Below are positions 1 to 10,930 of a DNA stretch of 64,000 nucleotides, in pieces. The position numbers and the translations under genes are program-made. The notes under the pieces are model-generated. The model saw nothing but the letters and a program-made list of their open reading frames with translations. It searched no databases and was not told where the DNA came from. Source of the DNA: Flectonema sp. DT1601 (lineage: Eukaryota); the NCBI GenBank assembly GCA_964019425.1, contig OZ025803.1, positions 248,001 through 312,000 of the forward strand, in the 5' to 3' direction. Positions within the stretch are counted from its first letter, which is position 1, and the number at the start of each line of letters is the position of its first letter.

Positions 1-52
1 GCTTTACCATCTGCCGTGGTGATCAATCCAGCAGCTGCTCTTTTTGTAATTA

Positions 53-1792
53 CCGTAATTATAAATATCATGGTGTATAAAAAGTCTCCAAATCAGCAAA
101 AAATGGCCAAATCCACCATCTTTATTATATCCAAAGTTTTTTTAGTACAATCATTCACAGAAAACACTTAGCAAAATTCGGATTCCAGAAGAAAAAAAAA
201 CTTTTTTTTTTGACCTTTTGCTTTTGACTTTGGTACTAAATTATCGACATTTTGAACTGGTTAAAGTTCTACAGGCTGGTCTTGTGTACCAACCTGGTGG
301 GGGATTGATAACTATGCTTCCAGATACATATCAGGACAACATATCCACAAATAACGTTATTGGTAGCTGGTTGCACACCAGTCTTAATGAATGATGTCAA
401 AATTCCTAAAAGCAGCAAGTAGTAGTCTAGACGAGGCCAACTACAACTAAGGAGTTCTTCTCCAATCGTTGTAATACACCGAGGTATGAGGTGCGGTATT
501 AAGAAACATGAACTCATGTTCACAACTACAGACTTCAGGAGCTCGGGTGGATTTGCAGGATTGACAATACCTGCTTTTATAAAACCAGCCGTGATAGTAT
601 TTTTCGTAATACTATCAAGGGCTGTCACTATCCACCCAATTTGCGACTTCGTTTTTGTGAGACCATTTTGACATGGGTTCGGATTCAGGAGATCCCTTTG
701 GACCCTTCCCTTTCGCAGCGCGCTTTAAAGTTTCTATCAGCTTTTTGCTTTGATTTTTTCAACTTTTCCTCCCGCTTGCGCATCTGCTCTGTCATCCACT
801 CACCAAGAAAGCTTGATGCTTCTTTGAAGTTGGCCATGACAGTTAGATCCAGCGGCCGGAGATGAGAAGTCCATCCGCCTTGCACCAGTATAACCGTGAT
901 ATTGGCTTCTTCAAATCGACGAAGGACTTCTTCAGTTATCTGCCCCCTAAACTGGGCATATACTGCGAGGCCAGGGTGATCCGATTGGAGTGTTTTTTAG
1001 TTAGTTTAGATCCGATTGGAGCGTTTCTTAATAAAGTATGGGATTATTGCTCCAGAAACCTTGACCGAGCTGATAGGAGTTCTGCTTCAGGCTTTCGCAG
1101 TGGTTCCAAGACGGTATCCAACCCTTCCGTTCCAGGAACTTGTAAGTCCATGTTGCTTGTAGGGAACCGGAATCCACGCGTTCCGGCGTATCACCTGTGC
1201 TTGAAACCAGAGAAGAGAAGCAAACACAGAGCCACCATAGGCACGGATATTCTCAATTAAATCGAGCACCCGCTTCCTCATCAGTGGTTAAGATGGTTGG
1301 TCTCCCAGATTTCACCTGCCCTTCTAGTGGTTCTCCCTTTGTCTTCCTCTTTTGTTCCTCAACCAAGAGCTTCATTGCCCTGCCTGCACTGTTGATCTCT
1401 TCTTATGGTCCGTGTTGAAGTATGCAATCGCCCTTGACACATTGGTGGCAGAGTTCACCATCTCACCAACGTTAAGCAACTCCCCCCTTGACCACCTCTC
1501 ATAGCAGCGAGACGTTTGTGCTCTTTTACCCGCTCCTCTTTCTTTATCAAACCTAGCTCCACCTTGCTTACCGACGTCTTCAGGGGTTCAAAAGGATCCC
1601 GTTTTTTCAAAAAATTCCGCATAGTGTGAAAAATTTCATCCCCAAAAACTACCATTTTACAGTCAAAATGTGTACTTTCATACTTTTTTATAAAAATCCA
1701 CCAAGTTTTTTTTCCGAGAATCCACCATCTTTTTTATATCCAAAGTTGTTATACTCCAAATTTTTTATACACCGTGATATTTATAATTACAG
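53..1792 (-). mobile_element. Decayed pogo/Tc2-like (DDE_1) DNA transposon with 31-bp TIRs and TA target-site duplication
   Basis: TIR CCGTAATTATAAATATCATGGTGTATAAAAA (53-83) matches the reverse complement of 1762-1792 at 29/31. TA flanks at 51-52 and 1793-1794. Minus-strand fragments resemble DDE_1 transposase. Confidence 0.9.
269..1655 (-). pseudogene. Fragmented DDE_1 (pogo-family) transposase
   Basis: Frameshifted pieces: HKKRSTV (cf. K.R.TV), RNAWI (cf. AWM), GGWTSHLRPLDLTVMANFK (cf. PGxTSxLQPLDVxVxxPFK), ITKNTITAGFIKAGI (cf. IxxxFxKxGI). Multiple stops. Confidence 0.75.
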
Positions 1793-2097
1793 TATTACAA
1801 TCTGACAATCTAATTTGTTACGAAATCACTCCGTGGGTTTAAAAGTCGATTATCTTTTTATTTTATTTTTCAAACAATTCTGTTCCGTTTAGCCATCCTC
1901 TGGATTAGCTCAGTCGGTGACGTCCTCTCTAGATTTTGTTTTTGTTTCGTCGTCAGTTACTTTCCTGTTGCTGCCTGGAATATGGCTGTCAAACCTTTTT
2001 AATGTAATATTTGTGTTGACATACTTACGTTAGTATCTTTGTTGATAACTTGTGTGTAGTTAAATATTTATATTATCAAACAGGTTTGTGTTGTCAA

Positions 2098-3246
2098 ATG
2101 AGCCAAAATGGTATTAAGAGAAAGCTGATCATCGACACTGACTGTGGAGGTGATGATGCAGTTGCTATGATGGCAGCCTTCTCACATTCTGAAGTAGAAG
2201 TGATTGCTCTCACATGCTGTTGGGGTAATGTTGGTGTTATACAAGCAACTGAAAATGCTGGCAAGCTGCTTGACTTCTACGGTCTTGATATTCCATTATA
2301 CAGAGGAGCTGAGGGACCTTTACTTGGAACTAGAGAAACGGTTGCTTGGGAAGGTTATGGTAAAGACGGTTATGGTGATGCTGACTTCCCAACAGCTATA
2401 CATCAGCCAACATCCGACACTCCAGCATGCATGGCACTCGTTGATCTCCTGAAAGACGTAAAACCCTTCGATGAGGACACAAACCCAGTAGTTTATCAAT
2501 TGGCTATTCTAGGCCCTTGTACTAATATTGCTCTCGCATTAAAACTAAACCCAAATCTCTGTGACAATCTTGGTGGTTCTGGATACCCTGGTCTTGTCGT
2601 AATGGGCGGGGCTTACGAAGCAAAAGGAAACAGTAATATGGCAGCTGAGTTTAATTTTCACTGCGATCCAGAAGCGGCTTACATTCTATTTAATACAGTC
2701 ACCAGACCTGTTCATCTGGTTGCGTGGGAAGTAACAGTAAGCTGTCCTATGACTTGGGATTGGTTTGACAACTGGTTAGGCAGAGGTGGTGATCAGAATC
2801 GAGTTCAAGTATTCTTTGAGAAATTATTTAGAAGACTGGAAGGTTTCACGAGGGCAAAAGACACAGGCGACGAACCAGTCACGCAAGATGAGACTTGCGT
2901 TATCCCTGACGCAGTAGCAATGGTTGTGGCACTCGAACCAAGTAGCATCTTAGAGTGTTTTGACACATTCTGTACTGTAGAGCTTTGGGGTCGTGAAACC
3001 CGAGGTATGACAGTAATCGATTGGTATGGAACAGAACTCTCAATGAAAAAAGCTGATCGATGGAGAAACTGTTCTCTAATTACTAAAATAGATCAATCAG
3101 CTTTTCTAAAAGCAATGGACGGTATCGTTAACCACGATCATGTTTCACAACCAGCTGAACCTGGATCTTCAAATTTCGATCTATTTGAACACGGAAGACG
3201 CAAGTCAAAAGTTTGCAGAGAGATGGCAGGTACCGAAGATGAGTAA
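2098..3246 (+). CDS. Inosine-uridine preferring nucleoside hydrolase family protein
   Basis: N-terminal IIDTDCGGDDAVA (DxDxxxDD), GPCTNIALA, GNSNMAAEFNFHCDPEAA, IPDAVA, TRGMTVID. ATG at 2098 follows AAACAG acceptor at 2083. Confidence 0.93.
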   Translation: MSQNGIKRKLIIDTDCGGDDAVAMMAAFSHSEVEVIALTCCWGNVGVIQATENAGKLLDFYGLDIPLYRGAEGPLLGTRETVAWEGYGKDGYGDADFPTAIHQPTSDTPACMALVDLLKDVKPFDEDTNPVVYQLAILGPCTNIALALKLNPNLCDNLGGSGYPGLVVMGGAYEAKGNSNMAAEFNFHCDPEAAYILFNTVTRPVHLVAWEVTVSCPMTWDWFDNWLGRGGDQNRVQVFFEKLFRRLEGFTRAKDTGDEPVTQDETCVIPDAVAMVVALEPSSILECFDTFCTVELWGRETRGMTVIDWYGTELSMKKADRWRNCSLITKIDQSAFLKAMDGIVNHDHVSQPAEPGSSNFDLFEHGRRKSKVCREMAGTEDE

Positions 3247-3846
3247 TCAACCGCAATGCAAGTCGACAATCGTACGGAATATTATCAACCAGATCGATGA
3301 GAACAATTGAAAATACCCTTGTTTGTATTCTGTCTTCGTTTGGTTATCTACACGAACCCTCATCCTCGTTCGAGCAACATTCGACTATAATTATACTGCG
3401 TGCTTCTGCATCGGTATTTGAGTCAAGCGTGAGTTCTTTTTTGAATAAAAGTATTGAGGAAAGAACGGGGAAAAATATATTATAAAAAAAAGAAAAATGG
3501 CAAGGACACTGAAAGAAGGTTAGCACCCTAGCTACTACCCTATATTCTTTTTGACACACCTTGCCAACTCTTTTATTTGAGGGACGGCACGCGCAAAGTA
3601 TCTGTTTTATCTTTGTGGTATTTACTTATTTTCATTTGTTTAAGTTTAAGAAAAAAAAAAAAAAAAAAAAAAAAAAAACAACAACCTCCGTCTACAAGAA
3701 AAAATAAATAACTCCTATAACTGTTAAAAGGTACAAATAATTTTCCTTTCCCCCTTTTTTCTTTTTTTTTTTTTTTTTGTTAGAACTTTCAGCAAGAATC
3801 AAAATCTCTAATATTCCTCTTTTCTTTATTAACCATCAGCAACAAT

Positions 3847-5127
3847 ATGACAGACTCACCAGAGCAATCACCCACTAAAGAAGACACCAGTAAGAGTAAC
3901 ATGTATGGAATAGTGTGGAGGGAACTGATTGAAAATTTGATGCGATTTGTATTCGCATCAAAGGAGACAGACGCCAATACCGGAGCTCGACTCATGGCGT
4001 GGGGTAGATGTGGACCAGCTATTCGTAATAGTGATTGGGTAACGGTTGTTATATCATTAGAAGTCGAAGGTGAAGGCACTCTTGACACTGATCGAATTGC
4101 GAAGGTCCTTCGAATCCCTTCGGAAAAAGTTGTACTTGATATGGAAAACAACGAACTCACAGTCACTACTGACTGTGGTGCTGAAAATGGTGCTGCTGAC
4201 CCCCCGACTGTCGCGTTGTTTATTAAAAATATTTTATCATCTGAAGTGCTAAAGGGTGCGGCTGGTAGAATATGCACCTCTCAGTCTCCAAAAGTTCTAA
4301 GTATGAAATTAATAAAAATTACAACCTCTCCATATTGTACAGAATATCGACTACCTGCGTGGAGATGGAGGTATGCTTTCGCAGGACCAAGTCTACCATA
4401 CGAGCAGAAGCTGGTTCTTGAAGACGAAATCGATTCATTTTCGAGGGATATAATACCCGGTGATCATGAGAATGGTGTTCCTGACAGAGACCACAATACT
4501 GAACTTGCCCTTCGCTACACTACTTCAGAAGTTATCCAATTAGTTAACCTCGTTAAGGAACGTTGGCAAAAACACACTGGTTGTTTTATAGCTCCACCTG
4601 GAAAGATTCCCCGAGAAGCAGAGGATCGAACCTATGCTGCTCCGATTTTTGAAAAAACTTGTTACAGCTCTCCACCTGATGTTCAAAAAAAACTACATTC
4701 AATTAGACAAAAGTTATTCACGTTTTTATGTACTGCTATATTAGAAGAGAGGGAGAGAAGGATCAAAGCACTGACCGTTACGATACCCTTCAGGGGAGGT
4801 CCGCGGAAGAGTAGTTCTGCGATTCGCACAGACCCGAAAGTTACTTGTTTAAAGCAGGTTACTCTCTATAACAAAGAATCGAATAAGGCATATCCGAAAT
4901 CTACTGATCCACATCGAGTTCTTCATAGAAGTGTTTTCGGTATCACGTCAATCGGTTCTTCAGCAACAGCTTCTGACTTAACGTTGAATTGTAGTCTTTT
5001 GAGAGACGCTCATCCAACAAAAAAGATATTCAACGCCGGCTGGGATCCTTACTGCTGTATAAGACACACGGCACACAGTGGAGGAGGGAGGGGTATTACT
5101 AATTTCAACAAAGTGAATCATCATTGA
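3847..5127 (+). CDS. Hypothetical protein (426 aa)
   Basis: Long ORF with coding-like composition, preceded by a T-rich tract and AG. No family recognised. Confidence 0.8.
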   Translation: MTDSPEQSPTKEDTSKSNMYGIVWRELIENLMRFVFASKETDANTGARLMAWGRCGPAIRNSDWVTVVISLEVEGEGTLDTDRIAKVLRIPSEKVVLDMENNELTVTTDCGAENGAADPPTVALFIKNILSSEVLKGAAGRICTSQSPKVLSMKLIKITTSPYCTEYRLPAWRWRYAFAGPSLPYEQKLVLEDEIDSFSRDIIPGDHENGVPDRDHNTELALRYTTSEVIQLVNLVKERWQKHTGCFIAPPGKIPREAEDRTYAAPIFEKTCYSSPPDVQKKLHSIRQKLFTFLCTAILEERERRIKALTVTIPFRGGPRKSSSAIRTDPKVTCLKQVTLYNKESNKAYPKSTDPHRVLHRSVFGITSIGSSATASDLTLNCSLLRDAHPTKKIFNAGWDPYCCIRHTAHSGGGRGITNFNKVNHH

Positions 5128-5337
5128 TGATTTACCATTTACACGGATGATGTTCGAATTTCCATTCGCCATCGAAACTTTCTTATTGTCGCAAAGAAGG
5201 AAAAATTTTAAAATTAATATAATCTCACAACAGATCTCCCCTTTCCATAACACAAAGATGTCATATCGCAGTTGGTGATGCTCAACAGACATACTCACAA
5301 TTACCGTTCTGCTAACAATAATATTATAAGATACACA

Positions 5338-8300
5338 ATGAAAGGGCGACGCTCCATGTGGTCAACGTACCTGTTCTTAGTCATAGCAGCAATGTATATG
5401 TACAATGTACACAGAATGCAAGATGAGGTTGCGAGTAGAATCGTGATTCAAGTGACTTCAAAAAAAGAAAATGTGCAATCTCAGAAAAATGAATATCATT
5501 CAGACGATAAGACATCTGTTAGAGTTGATAATGAAGAGTTTATATCTGATTTGACTTTATCAAATAGAGAAGCATATGAAGAAATGAAAGAAGCAGCACT
5601 TGAAAGAAGAAATCACATCTCATCATACAATTACAGCAATGTGATTGCTATGAATTCATCACCACCTGTTGTCATTATTATGACTGATCCCCCTGGAAGA
5701 ACAGGAGAGCTGACAATTAATGAATACACACAACACAACATTTACATCCGCATGGTAATTATTGTAACTGCTTCTATCTCTGATTGTAAATCTATTAAGA
5801 ATACTGTTCAAGTTCAATGCTTGGTATGGCCTCGGGTTTCACCCACAGCTGAGTACGAATCCCATCTCGACGCTAGTAACTTAGCATTAGCTTTTTTATA
5901 CCCAAAACCATCTCCTGGAGTAAATCTCCATAGCAATGCTCACAATGTAAAATTTATATTATTCACAACTTCTTTGATTTCTATCGGACATAAAGCTGAT
6001 AAGTACAGCACTGTTGGAAAATCATTTCTTGACGGGATGCTATTTGAAGCAAATAAACATCCTGAGGCGACCATTGTAGGTAGTACCTGGGTGAGTAACA
6101 AACCCCCTTATAGAATTATGAATACGGGGTTTACCATTGAATGGGATTATCTTGAAAGACCATATGTTCGTGGATTGAACTCAGGATATAAATATACGGA
6201 TGAGAAAAGCAATCCTGTTCTCATATCGACGTCGGTTATGTTGGTTCCGGCGGTGATATTTTCGAGAGAGATGAGAGGTAAGCTTCCAGAAATTAATAAG
6301 CAACCGGGTCTCTATAGACATGAAGAAACAATCTGCGCTGTCAAAGATACGATTGTTACTATTGAGTTACTGACTATCGCAGCAGATGAAGTGTTTGACG
6401 TCGTGTTGTCTTCTGAGGATGCTCCGCGAGATTTTTTATTTCAAGCAACTTCCTTGAAAGCACACCTACAACGTGTTCGCAGAGTGACGGAACAACTCGA
6501 TCAATACATCCAAACGGATACTATAAATTGCAGGTTAAAGTTCCCTCCTAACCCCCGAGTCCGCGATGCTATTTTATTCAGAATCAGAAGTGCGGAACAA
6601 CTTCAACGAAATTCTCAAAAGCTTTCGTTATTATGCGTTGGATTCAACGACGATTGTAAAGTAAGAGAAGTGATGGTCTCTCTTGAAACTCAATTATCTG
6701 CGACATCATTGTTTCTATCTTCAACCATAAGTTCCATAGCTCATTGGAAAGCAAGTTCCGGATTCGCTCCACTCGATCAGCCTGGTTCCTGGTCATATTT
6801 ATTTAATCTCACATTCCAACAAAACTACAACATCAAAACATCGTCATCGAGGGTCTACTGTTGTAACTTTAAGTCTTCAGATTTGCCGCAGACTCTTCCG
6901 GTTTTGAAGCAAATGTTCAGCCCGTTAAACATTGACTTGGATAAGGTCACAGAAATAGTTGTTGAAGAACCCTCCAGATACATCTTGTCACAAAAACCGA
7001 TGGAAAATATGCCGTTAGATGTTTACCGAACTTGGGAGAAACATATAAAAGAAACACATGAGAGGCAGGCTTCAAGAATCAGTATTATTTGGTCTGCTTG
7101 GTGTTGTCAGTGTTGCGGGTTTTCGAATGAGTGGGCGCACTACCTCCATCCTCTCGAAGAAAAGATAAAAATATCAGCGATTCCTGGACCTGAGTGTCAC
7201 TGTAACGGTCTGACTAATGATGTGTTGGGAACTATTCAGAGATCTCACATTTCAGAAATTCCATTTTCTGAAGAGCAGGTCAGAGTAGACTCACCTGGTA
7301 GTGTGCTGGTGTGGATATCTCACACACCTCCAACAAACTTTGTCTTTAATAGAAAAGACTTTCATGGAAACTACGACTATTTCGTTGGTCGATCAATGTA
7401 CGAGTTCAGTGCCATTCCAAAGTCGTGGGTTGAGCCATCTAATAACCCCGCTGTGAATGAGATTTGGGTTCCTTCAAAATTTGTTCGAAACGCGTTTATT
7501 GACAGCGGAATCAATTCGTCAAAGTTAGTAGTAATGCCTGAAGGGATTGATTGTAAATTCTACGACCAAGAGTCTGCATCTTACCTTCAACTTCCCAGTA
7601 ATATCTGGAACCAATATAATAGTAATACTACCCTGAGACACCTTCGAGGTAGACATGTCTTTTTATCAATATTTAAATGGGAACCAAGGAAAGGAGGCGA
7701 CATCTTAATAAGGAATTACATAAACGAATTTACTTCTGAAGACCCCGTCACACTAGTTGTGAGTACCTACAGATGGTATCCTGGGTCTCCTGAGACCTGG
7801 GGTCCTACTAGGGATCCAGCTATATTTCAACTAGCCATTGAACAGTTTGCGGAGTCTGAAGGAGTTGACATGTCTCGAATTCCTCACATCATCGTCATTA
7901 CAGAAAACTTAGCTGAAGAAGATATCCGAAATCTGTACGCGGCCTGTGATACATTTGTTCTTCCCACAAGAGGTGAAGGATGGGGGTTACCTATAATCCA
8001 GGCTATGTCAATGGGTTTACCGACTATTAGTACTGCTTGGGGAGGTGCGATGGCTTTCATGACTCCGTTTAATTCATTTCCTTTGAAATATCGAATCGTT
8101 GACATCTCACCAGAAGCTGCTGACGAATATCAAGTTCAAGGTGTTCGTTGGGCGGAACCTGATGCTGACCATCTTCGTCATCTTATGAGACAAATGATGA
8201 CAAACAGGTCTCATGCGATTGAGATTGGTAAAGCTGCTCGGGCAGATATTGTAGTTCAGTTTAATGAACCAGTTATAGCTGATAAAATAATGACAAGATT

Positions 8301-8343
8301 AAAAGAAATCGAAAAAATTGTAATCGCAAACAGGACGCACTGA
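5338..8343 (+). CDS. Type II membrane glycosyltransferase with C-terminal GT4 (GT-B) domain
   Basis: N-terminal hydrophobic anchor. EIWVPSKF, FLSIFKWEPRKG, LYAACDTFVLPTRGEGWGLPIIQAMSMGLPTIST, WAEPD motifs. ATG 5338 chosen over the upstream TTG. Confidence 0.88.
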   Translation: MKGRRSMWSTYLFLVIAAMYMYNVHRMQDEVASRIVIQVTSKKENVQSQKNEYHSDDKTSVRVDNEEFISDLTLSNREAYEEMKEAALERRNHISSYNYSNVIAMNSSPPVVIIMTDPPGRTGELTINEYTQHNIYIRMVIIVTASISDCKSIKNTVQVQCLVWPRVSPTAEYESHLDASNLALAFLYPKPSPGVNLHSNAHNVKFILFTTSLISIGHKADKYSTVGKSFLDGMLFEANKHPEATIVGSTWVSNKPPYRIMNTGFTIEWDYLERPYVRGLNSGYKYTDEKSNPVLISTSVMLVPAVIFSREMRGKLPEINKQPGLYRHEETICAVKDTIVTIELLTIAADEVFDVVLSSEDAPRDFLFQATSLKAHLQRVRRVTEQLDQYIQTDTINCRLKFPPNPRVRDAILFRIRSAEQLQRNSQKLSLLCVGFNDDCKVREVMVSLETQLSATSLFLSSTISSIAHWKASSGFAPLDQPGSWSYLFNLTFQQNYNIKTSSSRVYCCNFKSSDLPQTLPVLKQMFSPLNIDLDKVTEIVVEEPSRYILSQKPMENMPLDVYRTWEKHIKETHERQASRISIIWSAWCCQCCGFSNEWAHYLHPLEEKIKISAIPGPECHCNGLTNDVLGTIQRSHISEIPFSEEQVRVDSPGSVLVWISHTPPTNFVFNRKDFHGNYDYFVGRSMYEFSAIPKSWVEPSNNPAVNEIWVPSKFVRNAFIDSGINSSKLVVMPEGIDCKFYDQESASYLQLPSNIWNQYNSNTTLRHLRGRHVFLSIFKWEPRKGGDILIRNYINEFTSEDPVTLVVSTYRWYPGSPETWGPTRDPAIFQLAIEQFAESEGVDMSRIPHIIVITENLAEEDIRNLYAACDTFVLPTRGEGWGLPIIQAMSMGLPTISTAWGGAMAFMTPFNSFPLKYRIVDISPEAADEYQVQGVRWAEPDADHLRHLMRQMMTNRSHAIEIGKAARADIVVQFNEPVIADKIMTRLKEIEKIVIANRTH

Positions 8344-8725
8344 CACTTGTTAAAATATCTCATCATGAAATCAAAATTCTGCCGATTCTGATATGAGCAT
8401 AGTTATAATACTTAAATTACATAAAAACAAAAAGGACGAAATCACGTTCTCTCCTCTCTTTTTTTTTTTTTTTTTCCGCTTCGATTTCCTTCACATTATC
8501 CATCAAAGACGTCTGATTTTAGGTCTGCAGTGGTATTATTTTCTAATTTCCTTTAAAAAATATGGTTTTAGCTGTTTTTGGGTTGGAGAAAAAAAAAAAA
8601 AAATTCTTTTTTATCGATGTTATGTTGGTACGGCAACATTGTTTGTTCCTATCAGCAAAATAAAAAAAAAGAATGATAGGAAAATCTACTTACATAACGG
8701 TAATGTATTCTCCTTTCTCATCCCT

Positions 8726-8756
<31 letters not shown>

Positions 8757-8760
8757 CTGC

Positions 8761-8825
8761 TTGCACCGACGAAGTCGGAGAAGAAACTATTTAGATGAAA
8801 GAGCCGATTTATTTATGATGTCAAA
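8761..8825 (-). repeat. Short hairpin repeat family R2, copy 1 (CCGAC-GAA-GTCGG next to a homopolymer tail)
   Basis: T-run then GCACCGACGAAGTCGGAGAAGAAACTAT. Homologous to 19178-19245 and, inverted, to 46466-46517. Confidence 0.75.
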
Positions 8826-9923
8826 ATGTTATCTATTTTTTCCCTGCGTGCCAGTAATACTGTCTGCGAGCAACAAAAAATATAAGGCTTATCTGAATGT
8901 GGTTTTTTTTTTTTTTTTTTTTAAACCCTTACTTAAGAATTTCACAAAGATTGAAATTGTGACTTGTTCTGTGGTAATCAACTACAGCTTTTTTTTTTTT
9001 TTTTTTTTTTATAATTCGTTTTGTTTCTGTTTTATCGATTTTTTTTACATTTTTGGTTTTAACAAAGAAAGAAAAAAAAAATAATGGGTAATCAGTGAGG
9101 GCATTGGTTCTTGCATTTATTGTGTATTTCATATTTGTGAGTACAAAAAGTGATCCTCTCAGGGATTAGGTTTGACATAATGTTGTAGTATTGGGGACTC
9201 ACAAGTGGTTAACCGTTCCACCCTGTTGTGTCTATCTAACCGGTACTCTACTAACTTAAGCGACCGAGTATCTGCGAGTATTCATGCATTTGAAGAATGA
9301 GTGAACTGCAAAAAGAAGGTTGACACTTGTTTCGCCTCTGTGTTGCAGGAAAAAAAAAAGAAAACAACAACAACAACAACAACGAACTATTACTTAGCCT
9401 CACTTCTCATTGTTTTCCGGTTATATCGTGTAAACGCTCTCTCATATTTAAAAAAAAAAAAAAAAATCAAAAAAAAAAAAAACAAGCAATTGTTTATTAT
9501 TTATTTATTTTTTCTTCTTAAAATCTTAAAAACGATTCTAATCCCAATTTGCAACCGTTTTGAAGTCAGCAGTCGTATCCACGGCAATGGTATTGTAAAT
9601 CTTTGATACTATCCCGCGAATGACTTTTCCTTTGACCTCGACTGAGCAAAATAGCATTGTTCGTTATCTATTTGTTTATTTATAATCTCTTTTTTTTAAA
9701 TCTGTGTTCTTTTTTTTTTATAAATATTATTTCATGTCAGAGGGTGATTTTTTTTAATATAATTGTTACGATTTGATTTACGACATTTTTGTCATTCCCT
9801 GAAAACTTATGTAATATTGACGTTTTTCTTTTTTTTATGATTTAAAAATTTGATTTTTTTTTCAAGCAGGAAACTGACAATCAGAACAACAAGTCTGTGT
9901 ATGTATAACAGGTGATGTATATA

Positions 9924-10703
9924 TCAGTCATTCCTTTTTTTTGCGAACAAATTTTGGACATTGAAAAAGATTTTCAAAAAAAAATTGTAAAATTTTCGAT
10001 CGAAGCGGCATTTTAATGCGCTGCATCGTTGGGTTCATTTCCGTCCGAAATCGGGAGATTGGCATCACATACTTGTCACCCGAATTGAGAAAAGAGATTT
10101 TGTGGTTTACTAAATCAGCTCAGCCGTGGACAAGTACCAAAACTAAAAATTAATCGAAGGGTCTAATTTTACACTGCTGGTCCAGCGGGATCCAGAGAAA
10201 AAATAATCGAGCAAAAATATATTAAAGAGTACTAAGCATGTGCCGGTGAGGCAGATTGTTACTACCTGTCTTTTTGGACCTACTTTGATACTTAATGATC
10301 ATTATCACCACCACAGATGCAACATTTTCCCTACATAATTGCTACTAGGGTTGATTTGTTAGTAAAAAGGTGCATATCTCTTGAGTGCGGGAGAAGGGGG
10401 AAAAAATAGTAAAAAAAAAAAAAATTAGGGGTGTTTTTTACTCAGATTTTCTCGATCTTTCCATTCCAGGTCTGGGATTAATATTTATCATTGAGTAGTA
10501 CCAAGGAAATCTTGCAAAGAGACGTTTATCTCTTTTTAGCAGCACTTACCATGTTTAAAAGTATATCCCTATGCCTAATTTTACAGATCGCACCCTCCCC
10601 GATTCCAAAAAATAAAAAATCGAGCAAAAGTAACATATCGTGTAACCTTGCTCAGGCGGTGAGAAAATGGTGTTTTTTGTTCGCAAAAAAAAGGAATGAC
10701 TGA
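9924..10703. mobile_element. Non-autonomous TIR element (MITE-like, Tc1/mariner-type TA flanks), 780 bp
   Basis: Perfect 28-bp TIR TCAGTCATTCCTTTTTTTTGCGAACAAA at 9924-9951 and inverted at 10676-10703. TA at 9922-9923 and 10704-10705. No long internal ORF. Confidence 0.85.
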
Positions 10704-10705
10704 TA

Positions 10706-10900
10706 TATTTTTTGCATTTAAGCAGTGTTGTAAGAACGAAAAAGAATGTTGGGCAGCACAAGTAAACCTCCTTTAGCTTTATCAGTTTAAGTCGGTTCAC
10801 CGGTTTTTGTGACACACAAACAACAAACAAAAAAAAATCACAGTTTGTTATATTATTATTTTCTGTATAGTTGAAGATAAATTCAATTCTTTTTTTTTTT
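10706..10900 (-). repeat. Dispersed repeat family R1 (about 170-190 bp), copy 1
   Basis: Core GTAAGAACGAAAAAGAATGTTGGGCAGCAC..GTAAACCTCCTTTAGCTTTATCAGTTTAAGTCGGTTCAC is near-identical to 32341-32519. Inverted, more diverged copies at about 35650-35818 and 45350-45494. Confidence 0.85.
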
Positions 10901-10930
10901 TATTTTTAGGTGGGAAAGGATTCTATAAAC

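Noticed and set aside
1902..1925. tRNA-like A box GGATTAGCTCAGTCGGT
   Set aside because: No anticodon arm, T-loop/B box or acceptor stem follows.
8763..8780. GCACCGAC..GTCGG hairpin resembling a tracrRNA or terminator end
   Set aside because: Eukaryotic context with no CRISPR array or cas genes; treated as dispersed repeat R2.
8393..9606. Short Phe/Lys-rich ORFs here and in other intergenic regions
   Set aside because: They arise from poly(A)/poly(T) tracts.
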